NCBI GenBank assembly: GCA_027297205.1
Contig: JAPUIH010000383.1
Coordinates: 1-40,564, forward strand
Length of the DNA stretch: 40,564 nt
Direction: 5' to 3'
Origin: SAR324 cluster bacterium
GTDB lineage: Bacteria; SAR324; JACQKK01
Shown: positions 25,014 to 33,344 of the stretch, one piece after another
Position numbering within the stretch: position 1 is the first letter of the stretch
Layout: each line of letters begins with the position of its first letter
The notes under the pieces: generated by a model
What the model was told of the DNA's origin: nothing
Seen by the model: the letters and a program-made list of their open reading frames with translations, nothing else
Databases searched by the model: none
Program-made: the position numbers and the translations under genes

Positions 25014-25919
25014 TTAGCGCAGGGTGACCCAGATTGCGCCTTTGCCTCCATGACGCGGGGGCGCCCAGGAAAATGATTTGGCGAAGCGCTTCCCGTTGCG
25101 CTCCAGCCAGCTATAAATTGCGTCCTGCAGGACGGGGCCTTGTTGCCCTGAGTTGAGGCCCTTGCCCGTAATGATCAGCACGTCCCGTAGTTTGCGGTGG
25201 TAGGAGGTGAGCAGAAAATTTTGCACCATGCGCACCGCTTCCTCCTGGGTCTTTCCGTGCAAATCCAACTCGTCGTCCGGCTCCCGGTTGGCGGGTGCCT
25301 GACGTGGCGGTGGCGCTTTCTTTGGGGGTTCCGGTGCGCCGGCGAACTTTTCCGCCGGGTCGAACGCGCCTTCCCGCAGCAATTGCTCCATTAACTCTGC
25401 GCCGTCCTCTTCCATGCGAAACACGGTGCCGCCGCCATGCGCGGCCGATTTGCCTGCCTGGGTCTTGCGCGCCCCCTTGAGGGCTGTTTCCGTGGTGCTT
25501 TCGGTGGAAACCGCGGCCGCCGCATCACCCTCAGGCGCGGGCTGGGCCGAGGGTTTGTCCGCTGTGGCCGGCTTGGTTTTGCGTGCGGAGGGTTTCCGAG
25601 CCGGCAGTGGGGTTACCCCCAGCCGCTCCATGACCGCCATGAAATTTGCCATGTCCTCCTGCTGCGCGGCAAACTGCACGGTGCGGAACTTCTCCTGCCG
25701 TACCGGCGCCTCCCCCTGGCGCGGAAAAAACCGCACACCCATGTCGCGCATGGCTTCCAGGAAAGCCACGTCCTGCCCGCTCAGCTCTCCCAGTTTTTGG
25801 AAGGGCGCCGGCTGATGGGTGGCCTGCACCCGGGTCACCGAGCCCTGCCGCTTCAGGGTCTGGGTCTGCTTTTTCTTGCGCCGTTTCTGGGTTTCTCCGT
25901 AGAGACGCCGCCGTGCCAT
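25014..25919 (-). CDS. Smr (MutS2-related small) domain protein with a long basic, low-complexity N-terminal region
   Basis: C-terminal Smr domain: ELDLHGKTQEEAV...VLIITGKGLNS...GPVLQ...WL. The ATG at 25919 is preceded by a strong AAGGAGAG ribosome-binding site. Confidence 0.8.
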   Translation of the reverse strand: MARRRLYGETQKRRKKKQTQTLKRQGSVTRVQATHQPAPFQKLGELSGQDVAFLEAMRDMGVRFFPRQGEAPVRQEKFRTVQFAAQQEDMANFMAVMERLGVTPLPARKPSARKTKPATADKPSAQPAPEGDAAAAVSTESTTETALKGARKTQAGKSAAHGGGTVFRMEEDGAELMEQLLREGAFDPAEKFAGAPEPPKKAPPPRQAPANREPDDELDLHGKTQEEAVRMVQNFLLTSYHRKLRDVLIITGKGLNSGQQGPVLQDAIYSWLERNGKRFAKSFSWAPPRHGGKGAIWVTLR

Positions 25920-26028
25920 GACGCTCTCCTTATTACCCGCTCTTCCCGCCGCCGGTCTTATCCGGTTTGTTGATCCAGTTCCTGTAATTCTCTGTCCCCC
26001 AGCACGAAAAATCAATGCGGCCCTGAAA

Positions 26029-26883
26029 TCAGGCTTCGAAATCCAGGCTGATGTCGATGGCCGGGGCGGAGTGGGTGATGGCGCCGGAGGAGATCAGGTC
26101 CACGCCGGTGGCGGCGATGTCCGCGACCCTGTCCAGAGTTACGTTGCCGGAGGCTTCGGTGAGAATTCCGGGAGGCGCCAGTTCCACCACTGCGCGCATG
26201 TCCTCCAGGGACATGTTGTCGAGTAGCAACAGATCGGCTCCCGCGGCGATGGCTGCCTTGGCCTGGGCCACCGTTTCCACCTCGATTTCAAACTTGGCCG
26301 TGTGCGCCACCCGCTTACGGGCTTGCGACACCGCATCCTTGAGGGAAATTCCGGCGTGTTCCAGTATGGCCAGATGGTTGTCCTTCACCAGCACGCCATC
26401 GGAAAGGCCAAAGCGGTGATTGACACCACCCCCCACGGTGACGGCGTATTTTTCCAGTGCGCGCAGACCGGGCGTGGTCTTGCGAGTGTCGATTATCCTG
26501 GCCGCACTCCCGCCCTTGCGCGCCTGATGCACCAGGGCCGCCGTGGCCGTGGCCACCCCGGAGAGCCGTTGCAGGAAATTGAGCGCGATGCGCTCCGCCC
26601 GCAGCATGGCCCGGGCTTCCCCTTCCACGGCCGCGAACACCTCGCCCAGGGCCGGCCGCGCGCCGTCCTCCACCTTGGCCTCCCAGCGCGATTCCGGGTC
26701 GGCTTGGCGAAACACCTCGCCGGCCAGGGCCAGCCCGCAAATCACCCCTTCCTGTTTCAGCTTTACGCCCAGCCGGGCTGGAACGCCCACGGGCAGGAAA
26801 TTGTCGCTGGTGAGATCGCCCCAGGGGGAGTCTTCGGCCAGGGCCTCCCGGGCGGCCTTTTCAATGATTGCTGTCGTGAGCAT
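26029..26883 (-). CDS. nadC: nicotinate-nucleotide diphosphorylase (quinolinate phosphoribosyltransferase)
   Basis: AERIALNFLQRLSGVAT, IIDTRKTTPGLR, EKYAVTVGGGVNHRFGLSD, LLLDNM and SGAITHS. Confidence 0.92.
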   Translation of the reverse strand: MLTTAIIEKAAREALAEDSPWGDLTSDNFLPVGVPARLGVKLKQEGVICGLALAGEVFRQADPESRWEAKVEDGARPALGEVFAAVEGEARAMLRAERIALNFLQRLSGVATATAALVHQARKGGSAARIIDTRKTTPGLRALEKYAVTVGGGVNHRFGLSDGVLVKDNHLAILEHAGISLKDAVSQARKRVAHTAKFEIEVETVAQAKAAIAAGADLLLLDNMSLEDMRAVVELAPPGILTEASGNVTLDRVADIAATGVDLISSGAITHSAPAIDISLDFEA

Positions 26884-26908
26884 GGCGAATTGTGAATAGA
26901 GTCAAAGC

Positions 26909-26954
26909 GGAGGCGGCGCAGCATTGAGGACGAGCTACGCCCTCGGCCGCCTCC
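26909..26954 (-). other. intercistronic stem-loop between nadA and nadC
   Basis: GGAGGCGGC (26909-26917) pairs perfectly with GCCGCCTCC (26946-26954). An inner GAGG/CCTC pairing is also possible. Confidence 0.4.
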
Positions 26955-26987
26955 TCCTCAAGCGAATTGAGGTGTGACGGACAGGGG

Positions 26988-27989
26988 TCAGTCGCGGGGC
27001 ACGGCCATCATCCGTTGCAAGGCCCGGCGGGCTCCTTCAGCCACATCCTCCGGCACCAGGATTTCGAACACGTCCTCCTCGAGCGCCCGCTGAACATGGG
27101 TCAGGGCCGTGACCTTCATATAGGGACAATGCAGGCGGCAGCCGATACAGCCGTCCGCCATCACGAATGTCTTGTCCGGGTACTGCTTGCGCAGTTGGTG
27201 GATAATGCCGTTTTCGGTGGCCATGAGAAAGGTCTTGGCTTCGGGGTAACGGGCCACCCGTTCCATCATGGCCGTGGTGGAACAGATTTCGTCGGCCAAT
27301 GCCAGGACATCCTCCCGGCATTCGGGATGGGCGATCACGATCGCCTCCGGATGTTCCTCCCGCGTTTTTTCCACGTTGGCGCCGCGCAGCACATCGTGGG
27401 TGGGGCATACGCCGTCGTAGATGGCAAAATCCTTTTCCGGCAACTGCCGCGCCACCCACTGGCCCAAATTGCGGTCCGGCGTAATCAGAATTTTGTCCGT
27501 GGGCAGGCTGCGGGCCACGGATACGGCATTGGCCGAGGTGCAGCAGATATCGCTGAGGGCCTTAACCTCCGCCGAGGAGTTGATGTAGGTCATCACCGTG
27601 TGATCCGGATAGCGTTCCTTCCAGTCCTCCAGGCTTTCCGGAGTAATGCTGTCGGCCAGGGAGCAGCCCGCGGACAAGTGGGGGAGCAGCACCTTCTTGT
27701 CCGGATTGAGCACCTTCGCGGCTTCGGCCATGAAGTGCACGCCACAGAATACAATCCGCTCGGAATCGGTCTTTTGCGCTTCCAGGGCAAGGCCGAGGGA
27801 ATCCCCTACAAAGTCGGCGACATCCTGTACCTCGGGCACCTGATAATTGTGGGCGAGAATCACCGCATTTCGTTCCTCCGCCAGCCGGCGGATTTCACGG
27901 CTCAACTGCGCGGCCTGGGTCGCGTCTACCTCCGATGCCGGCAACTGTACGGGGGCTGGGAGACCGCCATCAACGTGCGAGGTTTTCAT
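26988..27989 (-). CDS. nadA: quinolinate synthase
   Basis: ILAHNYQ, FCGVHFMAE, LSAGCSLAD, YINSSAEVKA, CTSANAV, VIAHPEC and CPYMK. The ATG at 27989 is preceded by AAGGAA. Confidence 0.92.
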   Translation of the reverse strand: MKTSHVDGGLPAPVQLPASEVDATQAAQLSREIRRLAEERNAVILAHNYQVPEVQDVADFVGDSLGLALEAQKTDSERIVFCGVHFMAEAAKVLNPDKKVLLPHLSAGCSLADSITPESLEDWKERYPDHTVMTYINSSAEVKALSDICCTSANAVSVARSLPTDKILITPDRNLGQWVARQLPEKDFAIYDGVCPTHDVLRGANVEKTREEHPEAIVIAHPECREDVLALADEICSTTAMMERVARYPEAKTFLMATENGIIHQLRKQYPDKTFVMADGCIGCRLHCPYMKVTALTHVQRALEEDVFEILVPEDVAEGARRALQRMMAVPRD

Positions 27990-28182
27990 TTGCAAATTCC
28001 TTGATGCGGGCATTGGCCACGGGCCGGATATCATTCGTGCCGGATGGGAAGATCCGCCAAAATTCCTTCTTAATGAGGCTGGTAATGGTGCCGCTCTTGG
28101 AAAATCCGTGATACGCCGCCAACGCCTCCAACATTCCGATATCCGGATCGCTTGCCGAGTAGGTACGTACTTTTCGCTTCAT
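27970..28182 (-). CDS. small (70 aa) hypothetical protein, ribbon-helix-helix-like, overlapping the nadA start
   Basis: MKRKVRTYSASDPDIGMLEALAAYHGFSKSGTITSLIKKEF fits a strand-helix-helix pattern. It overlaps nadA by 20 nt on the same strand. The upstream leader is AT-rich and contains a palindrome. No Shine-Dalgarno sequence is visible. Confidence 0.45.
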   Translation of the reverse strand: MKRKVRTYSASDPDIGMLEALAAYHGFSKSGTITSLIKKEFWRIFPSGTNDIRPVANARIKEFANENLAR

Positions 28183-28221
28183 AATCGCAAATCTATATAG
28201 GGTTTTACTAAAAGTTAATGA

Positions 28222-28237
28222 ATTCTTATATAAGAAT
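28222..28237. promoter_or_regulatory. perfect 16-bp palindrome ATTCTTATATAAGAAT (candidate operator) with a third ATTCTT half-site at 28255-28260
   Basis: Read directly from the sequence. It lies 40-55 nt upstream of the RHH-like ORF start in an AT-rich stretch. On the minus strand, TTCATT-N17-TATATA promoter-like hexamers are also present. Confidence 0.5.
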
Positions 28238-28657
28238 GGCGAGATGGCAAGCGAATTCTTCATTCGCCGCGAAATTCCCGGCCCGCGCTGTCGCGAACTG
28301 GCGGGTTTCCGAGCGGAGCCGTCCGGCGTTTGCAGACGAAGTTCAGATATGGTTGGAGGACTTTTTCTCCCTGCCTCGTTAAAGCGTGCATGGACATGCC
28401 CCGGTCAGATTTGGAGGCCCAAGGTCACCCAATGCAGGCAACGGGTAGGTCGGCGGCGCAGTCCGAATCCCAAAGCAAAAAGGAGGAATTTGCAGGTAAG
28501 CGGTTGATCTTTAGGCAAGTTCCCGACATATACTCAGTTCACGAACTCCGTCTTCGAATTCCCGCTCGGCGGCGCGGTGGGCCGCGCCGAAGTAACGATC
28601 CGGCTCTAGGGCGGTGGACGGTGCCCAACTGGCGATAACCACAAGCAAGGATATTCC

Positions 28658-30682
28658 ATGACGAGCAAGGCAATCGCTTCCAAGGACCTGCCGCGCCTGG
28701 CTGCCCATGCCATTCGATTCCTGGCGATGGACGGGGTGCAGAAAGCCAAATCGGGCCATCCCGGAATGCCCATGGGAATGGCGGATATCGCGACGGTATT
28801 GTGGACGAAGGTGCTGAATTACAATCCAGCAAATCCAGACTGGCTGGACCGGGACCGCTTCGTGCTGTCCAACGGTCATGGTTCCATGCTTCTGTACAGC
28901 CTGCTGCACTTGAGCGGCTATGACCTGCCCATGAAGGAGTTGGAGAATTTCCGGCAGTTGGGCAGCAAGACTCCCGGCCATCCGGAAGCAGGCCACACCA
29001 AGGGCGTGGAAGTGACCACCGGCCCCCTGGGGCAGGGTATCTCCAATGCCGTGGGGCTGGCCCTGGCCGAAAGATGGCTGGCGGCCCGCTTCAACAAGCC
29101 CGGACATCAGATCATCAATCACCACACCTATGTATTCGCCGGAGACGGTTGCCTGATGGAAGGGATCTCTCATGAATCCTGCAGTCTGGCGGGGCATCTG
29201 AGGCTGGGCAAGCTGATCCTGTTTTATGACGACAACCATATCAGCATCGACGGCAACACTAAGCTGTCCTATTCCGACAACGCCACGGCGCGCTTCTCCG
29301 CTTACGGCTGGCATGTCCAGAAGGTGAACGGTCACGATCAGGCCGCTGTGGCCAAGGCCATCGCCGCCGCCCGCAAGGAAAGCAAGCGTCCTTCCCTGAT
29401 CGCTTGCCGCACGGTGATAGGCTGGGGGGCGCCCACCCTGGCCGGCTCCCATGCCACCCACGGCTCGCCCCTGGGCCAGGACGAGATCGCAGCCACGCGC
29501 AAGGCCCTGGGCTGGCCGTGGCCGCCCTTCAAGGTGCCCCGGCCCGTGCTGAACTACTGGCGCTCCGCCCTGGTGCGAGGCAAAAAGTCAGAGGGAGAAT
29601 GGAATCGCAAGGTGAGCGCATACCGCAAGGCCCACCCCACGGAAGGGGCGGAGCTGCAACGCATCATCGCGGGCAAGCCCTCCACGGCTTGGCAGGCGCC
29701 TCTGAACAAGCTGCGCAGGTCCCTGCTGAAGAGTGCGCCGGATACGGAAGCTACGCGGGTGGCCTCGGGCATGGTGCTGAATGCCGTGGGCATGGCCCAC
29801 CCGGACTTGATCGGAGGCTCGGCGGACCTGACCCCCTCCAACAACACGCGGGTGAAGGAATACGAGGATATCGCGCCAGGCAAGTTCAGCGGCAAGTACA
29901 TCCGCTATGGGGTGCGGGAGCACGGCATGGCCGGGATCATGAACGGCCTGGCCCAACACGGCGGGGTGGTGCCCTATTCGGGCACCTTCGCGATTTTCAC
30001 CGACTACCTGCGCCCGGCCATGCGGCTCTCCGCGATAATGGGGGCGCAGGTGATCTATGTGCTTACCCATGACAGCATCGGCCTGGGGGAGGACGGGCCG
30101 ACCCATCAGCCGGTGGAGCACTACGCGGCTTGCCGCGCCATCCCCAACCTGTACGTCTACCGGCCCTGCGATGTCCGGGAGACCCTGGAATGCTGGGAGT
30201 CAGCCCTGCGCCGTACGAACGGCCCCGCCGCGCTGCTACTGACCCGCCAGAAACTGCCCACCTTCCCCGGCACGGGAAAAGGCGGAGTGAAAAATGGCGG
30301 GTATGTGCTTGCGGATACGCCCAAAGGTCTTGCGCTCAAGGTGGTGCTGATGGGCACCGGCTCCGAAGTGCAACTGGCCATGGAAGCGCGGGAGCAGTTG
30401 AGCAAGCAGAAAATCGGGGCACGGGTGGTGAGCATGCCCTGCTGGGAGGCTTTCGAGGCTCAGCCCCAAGCCTACCGCAACCGGGTGATTCCGCCCAGGG
30501 TCACGGCCCGCGTGGCCGTGGAGTCCGGGGTGGAATTGGGCTGGGGACGTTACCTGGGCGACAAGGGTGTGATGGTGGGCATGAAAGGCTTCGGCGGCTC
30601 GGCCCCCTTCGACAAGCTCTTCAAGCATTTCGGCATTACCAGCGCCGAGGTGGTCAAGGCAGCCAAGAGCGCAATGAAATGA
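28658..30682 (+). CDS. tkt: transketolase
   Basis: GHPGMPMGMADIA, DRFVLSNGHGSMLLYSLLHLSGY, GPLGQGI, GDGCLMEGISHE, THDSIGLGEDGPTHQPVE. An AAGGA ribosome-binding site is present. Confidence 0.95.
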   Translation: MTSKAIASKDLPRLAAHAIRFLAMDGVQKAKSGHPGMPMGMADIATVLWTKVLNYNPANPDWLDRDRFVLSNGHGSMLLYSLLHLSGYDLPMKELENFRQLGSKTPGHPEAGHTKGVEVTTGPLGQGISNAVGLALAERWLAARFNKPGHQIINHHTYVFAGDGCLMEGISHESCSLAGHLRLGKLILFYDDNHISIDGNTKLSYSDNATARFSAYGWHVQKVNGHDQAAVAKAIAAARKESKRPSLIACRTVIGWGAPTLAGSHATHGSPLGQDEIAATRKALGWPWPPFKVPRPVLNYWRSALVRGKKSEGEWNRKVSAYRKAHPTEGAELQRIIAGKPSTAWQAPLNKLRRSLLKSAPDTEATRVASGMVLNAVGMAHPDLIGGSADLTPSNNTRVKEYEDIAPGKFSGKYIRYGVREHGMAGIMNGLAQHGGVVPYSGTFAIFTDYLRPAMRLSAIMGAQVIYVLTHDSIGLGEDGPTHQPVEHYAACRAIPNLYVYRPCDVRETLECWESALRRTNGPAALLLTRQKLPTFPGTGKGGVKNGGYVLADTPKGLALKVVLMGTGSEVQLAMEAREQLSKQKIGARVVSMPCWEAFEAQPQAYRNRVIPPRVTARVAVESGVELGWGRYLGDKGVMVGMKGFGGSAPFDKLFKHFGITSAEVVKAAKSAMK

Positions 30683-31347
30683 CCCTAATCGCCCCCTCCA
30701 TCCTTTCCGGCGACTTCGGCCGGATCAACGAGGAAATTGCCGCGGTGCAAGAGGCCGGGGCGGACTGGATCCATCTGGACGTGATGGATGGCCGCTTCGT
30801 GCCCAACCTGACCTTCGGTGCGCCGGTGGTGAAGTGCCTGGAAAAGCGCCCGGGTCTTATCTATGACGCGCACCTGATGGTGGAGGAGCCCGCGCTGCTG
30901 GTGCCCGGGTTCGCGGAGGCGGGTTGCGACCGCATTACGATCCATGCCGAAGCCGCGGGGCATTTACACCGCGCCCTGCAACTGATCCGATCCCTTGGGC
31001 TGAAGGCCGGGGTGGCCCTCAATCCGGGGACGCCCCTGGAAGCGGTGGACTGGGTGCTGGAAGACGTGGACATGGTACTGCTGATGTCGGTCAATCCGGG
31101 CTTTGGCGGCCAGGGCTATATACCGCAATCCACGCGCAAGATCGGCAAACTAAAGGAGACCCTGCGTCAGCGGGGTCTGGAGACGCTCATTCAGGTGGAT
31201 GGCGGCATCAATACGGACACCATCGGAGAGGCGGCGGCGGCCGGGGCGGATGTATTCGTGGCGGGCACCGCGGTGTTCGGGGAGCCGGACTACAAGCAGG
31301 CCATCGAGCAACTGCGTGAGCGGGCCGCCCAGGGAGAAAATGCCTAG
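30679..31347 (+). CDS. rpe: ribulose-phosphate 3-epimerase
   Basis: IAPSILSGDF, HLDVMDGRFVPN, MSVNPGFGGQ, QVDGGIN. The ATG overlaps the tkt stop (ATGA). The upstream part of ORF 30130.. is only an out-of-gene extension. Confidence 0.93.
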   Translation: MTLIAPSILSGDFGRINEEIAAVQEAGADWIHLDVMDGRFVPNLTFGAPVVKCLEKRPGLIYDAHLMVEEPALLVPGFAEAGCDRITIHAEAAGHLHRALQLIRSLGLKAGVALNPGTPLEAVDWVLEDVDMVLLMSVNPGFGGQGYIPQSTRKIGKLKETLRQRGLETLIQVDGGINTDTIGEAAAAGADVFVAGTAVFGEPDYKQAIEQLRERAAQGENA

Positions 31348-31549
31348 GGCCGGCCGTTTGTCCGCAAAGCACGGCGGCGCCCGCATATGAAAGGTGCGCC
31401 AAATCCGGGCGGATCAGGCTGGAGGTGGGCCGGTGAGCACGCAAGACCCGAAATTTCGATTTGACGAGGCAATTGGATTCGTGTTGTCTATTCCATTGGT
31501 TTCCCATGGCGTTAATCTGATCAATTTTTTCTACTAGTGCCTGTCGGTT

Positions 31550-32032
31550 ATGGTGGGATTCAGCAATTCCGTAATAAAAGAAGTGGATGAGTTGTTCAGC
31601 CGCTACCCGGTAAAGGTGCATGCCCTGCTGCCTCTATTGCATCTGGCGCAACGCGTTAACGATGGTTGGCTTCCCTCGGGATGGGATGCCTACGTGGCCG
31701 ATTTGTGCGATACAACGGTAAATCATGTGCGGGGTGTGATCACTTTCTACAACATGTTCCACACCAAACCGGTGGGCAGACACCACATCATGGTGTGTAC
31801 CTGCTTACCCTGTGGCCTCTGCGATGGGGACAAGCTGCTCACTCATCTGGAAGAGCGGCTGGGCCTGCATCCGGGCCAGACCAGCGCGGACGGCCTGTTC
31901 AGCCTGGAGGAAGCACAATGCCTGGCGGCCTGCGACAAGGCCCCACTGATGATGGTCAACGACAAATTGCACGAGAACCTGACGCTGGAGCAGGTCGACA
32001 ATTGGATTGAGCAGGCGCGGAAGAAGAAATAG
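31550..32032 (+). CDS. nuoE: NADH-quinone oxidoreductase subunit E (2Fe-2S)
   Basis: LLPLLHLAQ, VCTCLPCGLCDG and CLAACDKAPLMMVN supply the four Cys ligands, in the NuoE context directly ahead of nuoF. Confidence 0.85.
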   Translation: MVGFSNSVIKEVDELFSRYPVKVHALLPLLHLAQRVNDGWLPSGWDAYVADLCDTTVNHVRGVITFYNMFHTKPVGRHHIMVCTCLPCGLCDGDKLLTHLEERLGLHPGQTSADGLFSLEEAQCLAACDKAPLMMVNDKLHENLTLEQVDNWIEQARKKK

Positions 32033-32082
32033 CCGTGTCCGCCCGTATTTACTAGGGAATTGCAAGGAAAGCCGAATTAGCC

Positions 32083-33336
32083 ATGGTCGAAGAAAAGCAA
32101 ATTCTGACCAAGAACATGCGGGACAGTAAATATTCCGGCGATCTGAAGGCCTATAAAAACGCCGGCGGATTTAATGCCCTGGATACTGTGATCAGGAAGA
32201 TGAAGCCGGAGCAAGTGCTGGAACTCGTCAAGGCCTCGGACCTGCGGGGGCGCGGGGGCGCGGGTTTTCCCACCGGGGTGAAGTGGAGCTTTATGCCCAA
32301 AGACACGGGCAAACCCTCCTACCTGATTTGCAATGCGGATGAGAGCGAGCCGGGTACCTTCAAGGATCACCTGATCATGATGCGCGACCCCCACCTGTTC
32401 CTGGAGGGGATGATCATCGGCTGCTACACCATAGACTGCAATACCGGCTACATTTACATCCGGGGCGAATCGCAAACGGCTATCGCCATCATGGAAAAGG
32501 CCATCGGCGAGCTGTACAAGGACAAGCTGCTCGGACAGAACGTGATGGGCAGCAAGTACAGCCTGGACCTGTATGTACATCCCGGAGCGGGCGCCTACAT
32601 CTGCGGCGAAGAGACCGCGCTGCTGGATTCCCTGGAGGGCAAGCGCGGGCAGCCGCGCATCAAGCCCCCCTTTCCCGCGGTGTCCGGCTACAACAGCTGC
32701 CCCACCAGCGTTAACAACGTGGAGACCCTGGCCTGCCTGCCCTACATTATTAATGAGGGGCCCGAGGCCTGGAAGGCCATGGGCACGCCCAACAATTCCG
32801 GCACGCACATGGTCTGTATCAGCGGGCACGTGGAAAAGCCGGGGGTGTACGAGGTGGAAATGGGCGTTTCTCTGCTGGAGATGATCAACGATCTGGCCGG
32901 CGGGGTGCGCAATGGCAAGAAACTGAAAGCAGTCATTCCCGGCGGGGCTTCCGCTAACATACTGAAAGCGGATGAGGCGGATGTGCCCTACGAGTTCGAT
33001 GCGCTGATGAAGGCGGGAACCATGATGGGCTCGGCGGCGGTAATAGTATTCGATGAGGACACCGACATGGTGGAAGTGGCCAGCCGCACCATCCGCTTCT
33101 TCAACCACGAGTCCTGCGGGCAATGCACACCGTGCCGGGAAGGCACGTTCTGGCTGAAAAACATGATCCGGGATTTCCTGGACAACGCGGGAGATGAGGC
33201 CAAGATGCAGCGGGTGGAGCGCGTGTCCGCCAATCTGATCGGCACCACCATCTGTCCCTTCGGCGATGCCACCGGGGGCCCCATGGGCACATTCATCGGG
33301 AAGTTTCCCGAGGACTTCAGAAAACATTTTGCATAG
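32083..33336 (+). CDS. nuoF: NADH-quinone oxidoreductase subunit F (FMN, NADH binding, 4Fe-4S)
   Basis: RGRGGAGFPTGVKWSF, NADESEPGTFKD, YICGEETALLDSLEG and ESCGQCTPCREG. Confidence 0.95.
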   Translation: MVEEKQILTKNMRDSKYSGDLKAYKNAGGFNALDTVIRKMKPEQVLELVKASDLRGRGGAGFPTGVKWSFMPKDTGKPSYLICNADESEPGTFKDHLIMMRDPHLFLEGMIIGCYTIDCNTGYIYIRGESQTAIAIMEKAIGELYKDKLLGQNVMGSKYSLDLYVHPGAGAYICGEETALLDSLEGKRGQPRIKPPFPAVSGYNSCPTSVNNVETLACLPYIINEGPEAWKAMGTPNNSGTHMVCISGHVEKPGVYEVEMGVSLLEMINDLAGGVRNGKKLKAVIPGGASANILKADEADVPYEFDALMKAGTMMGSAAVIVFDEDTDMVEVASRTIRFFNHESCGQCTPCREGTFWLKNMIRDFLDNAGDEAKMQRVERVSANLIGTTICPFGDATGGPMGTFIGKFPEDFRKHFA

Positions 33337-33344
33337 CAGCGACC

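Noticed and set aside
26967-28004. A 345-aa plus-strand ORF covering the nadA locus.
   Set aside because: It is antisense to nadA, whose translation shows all the quinolinate synthase motifs.
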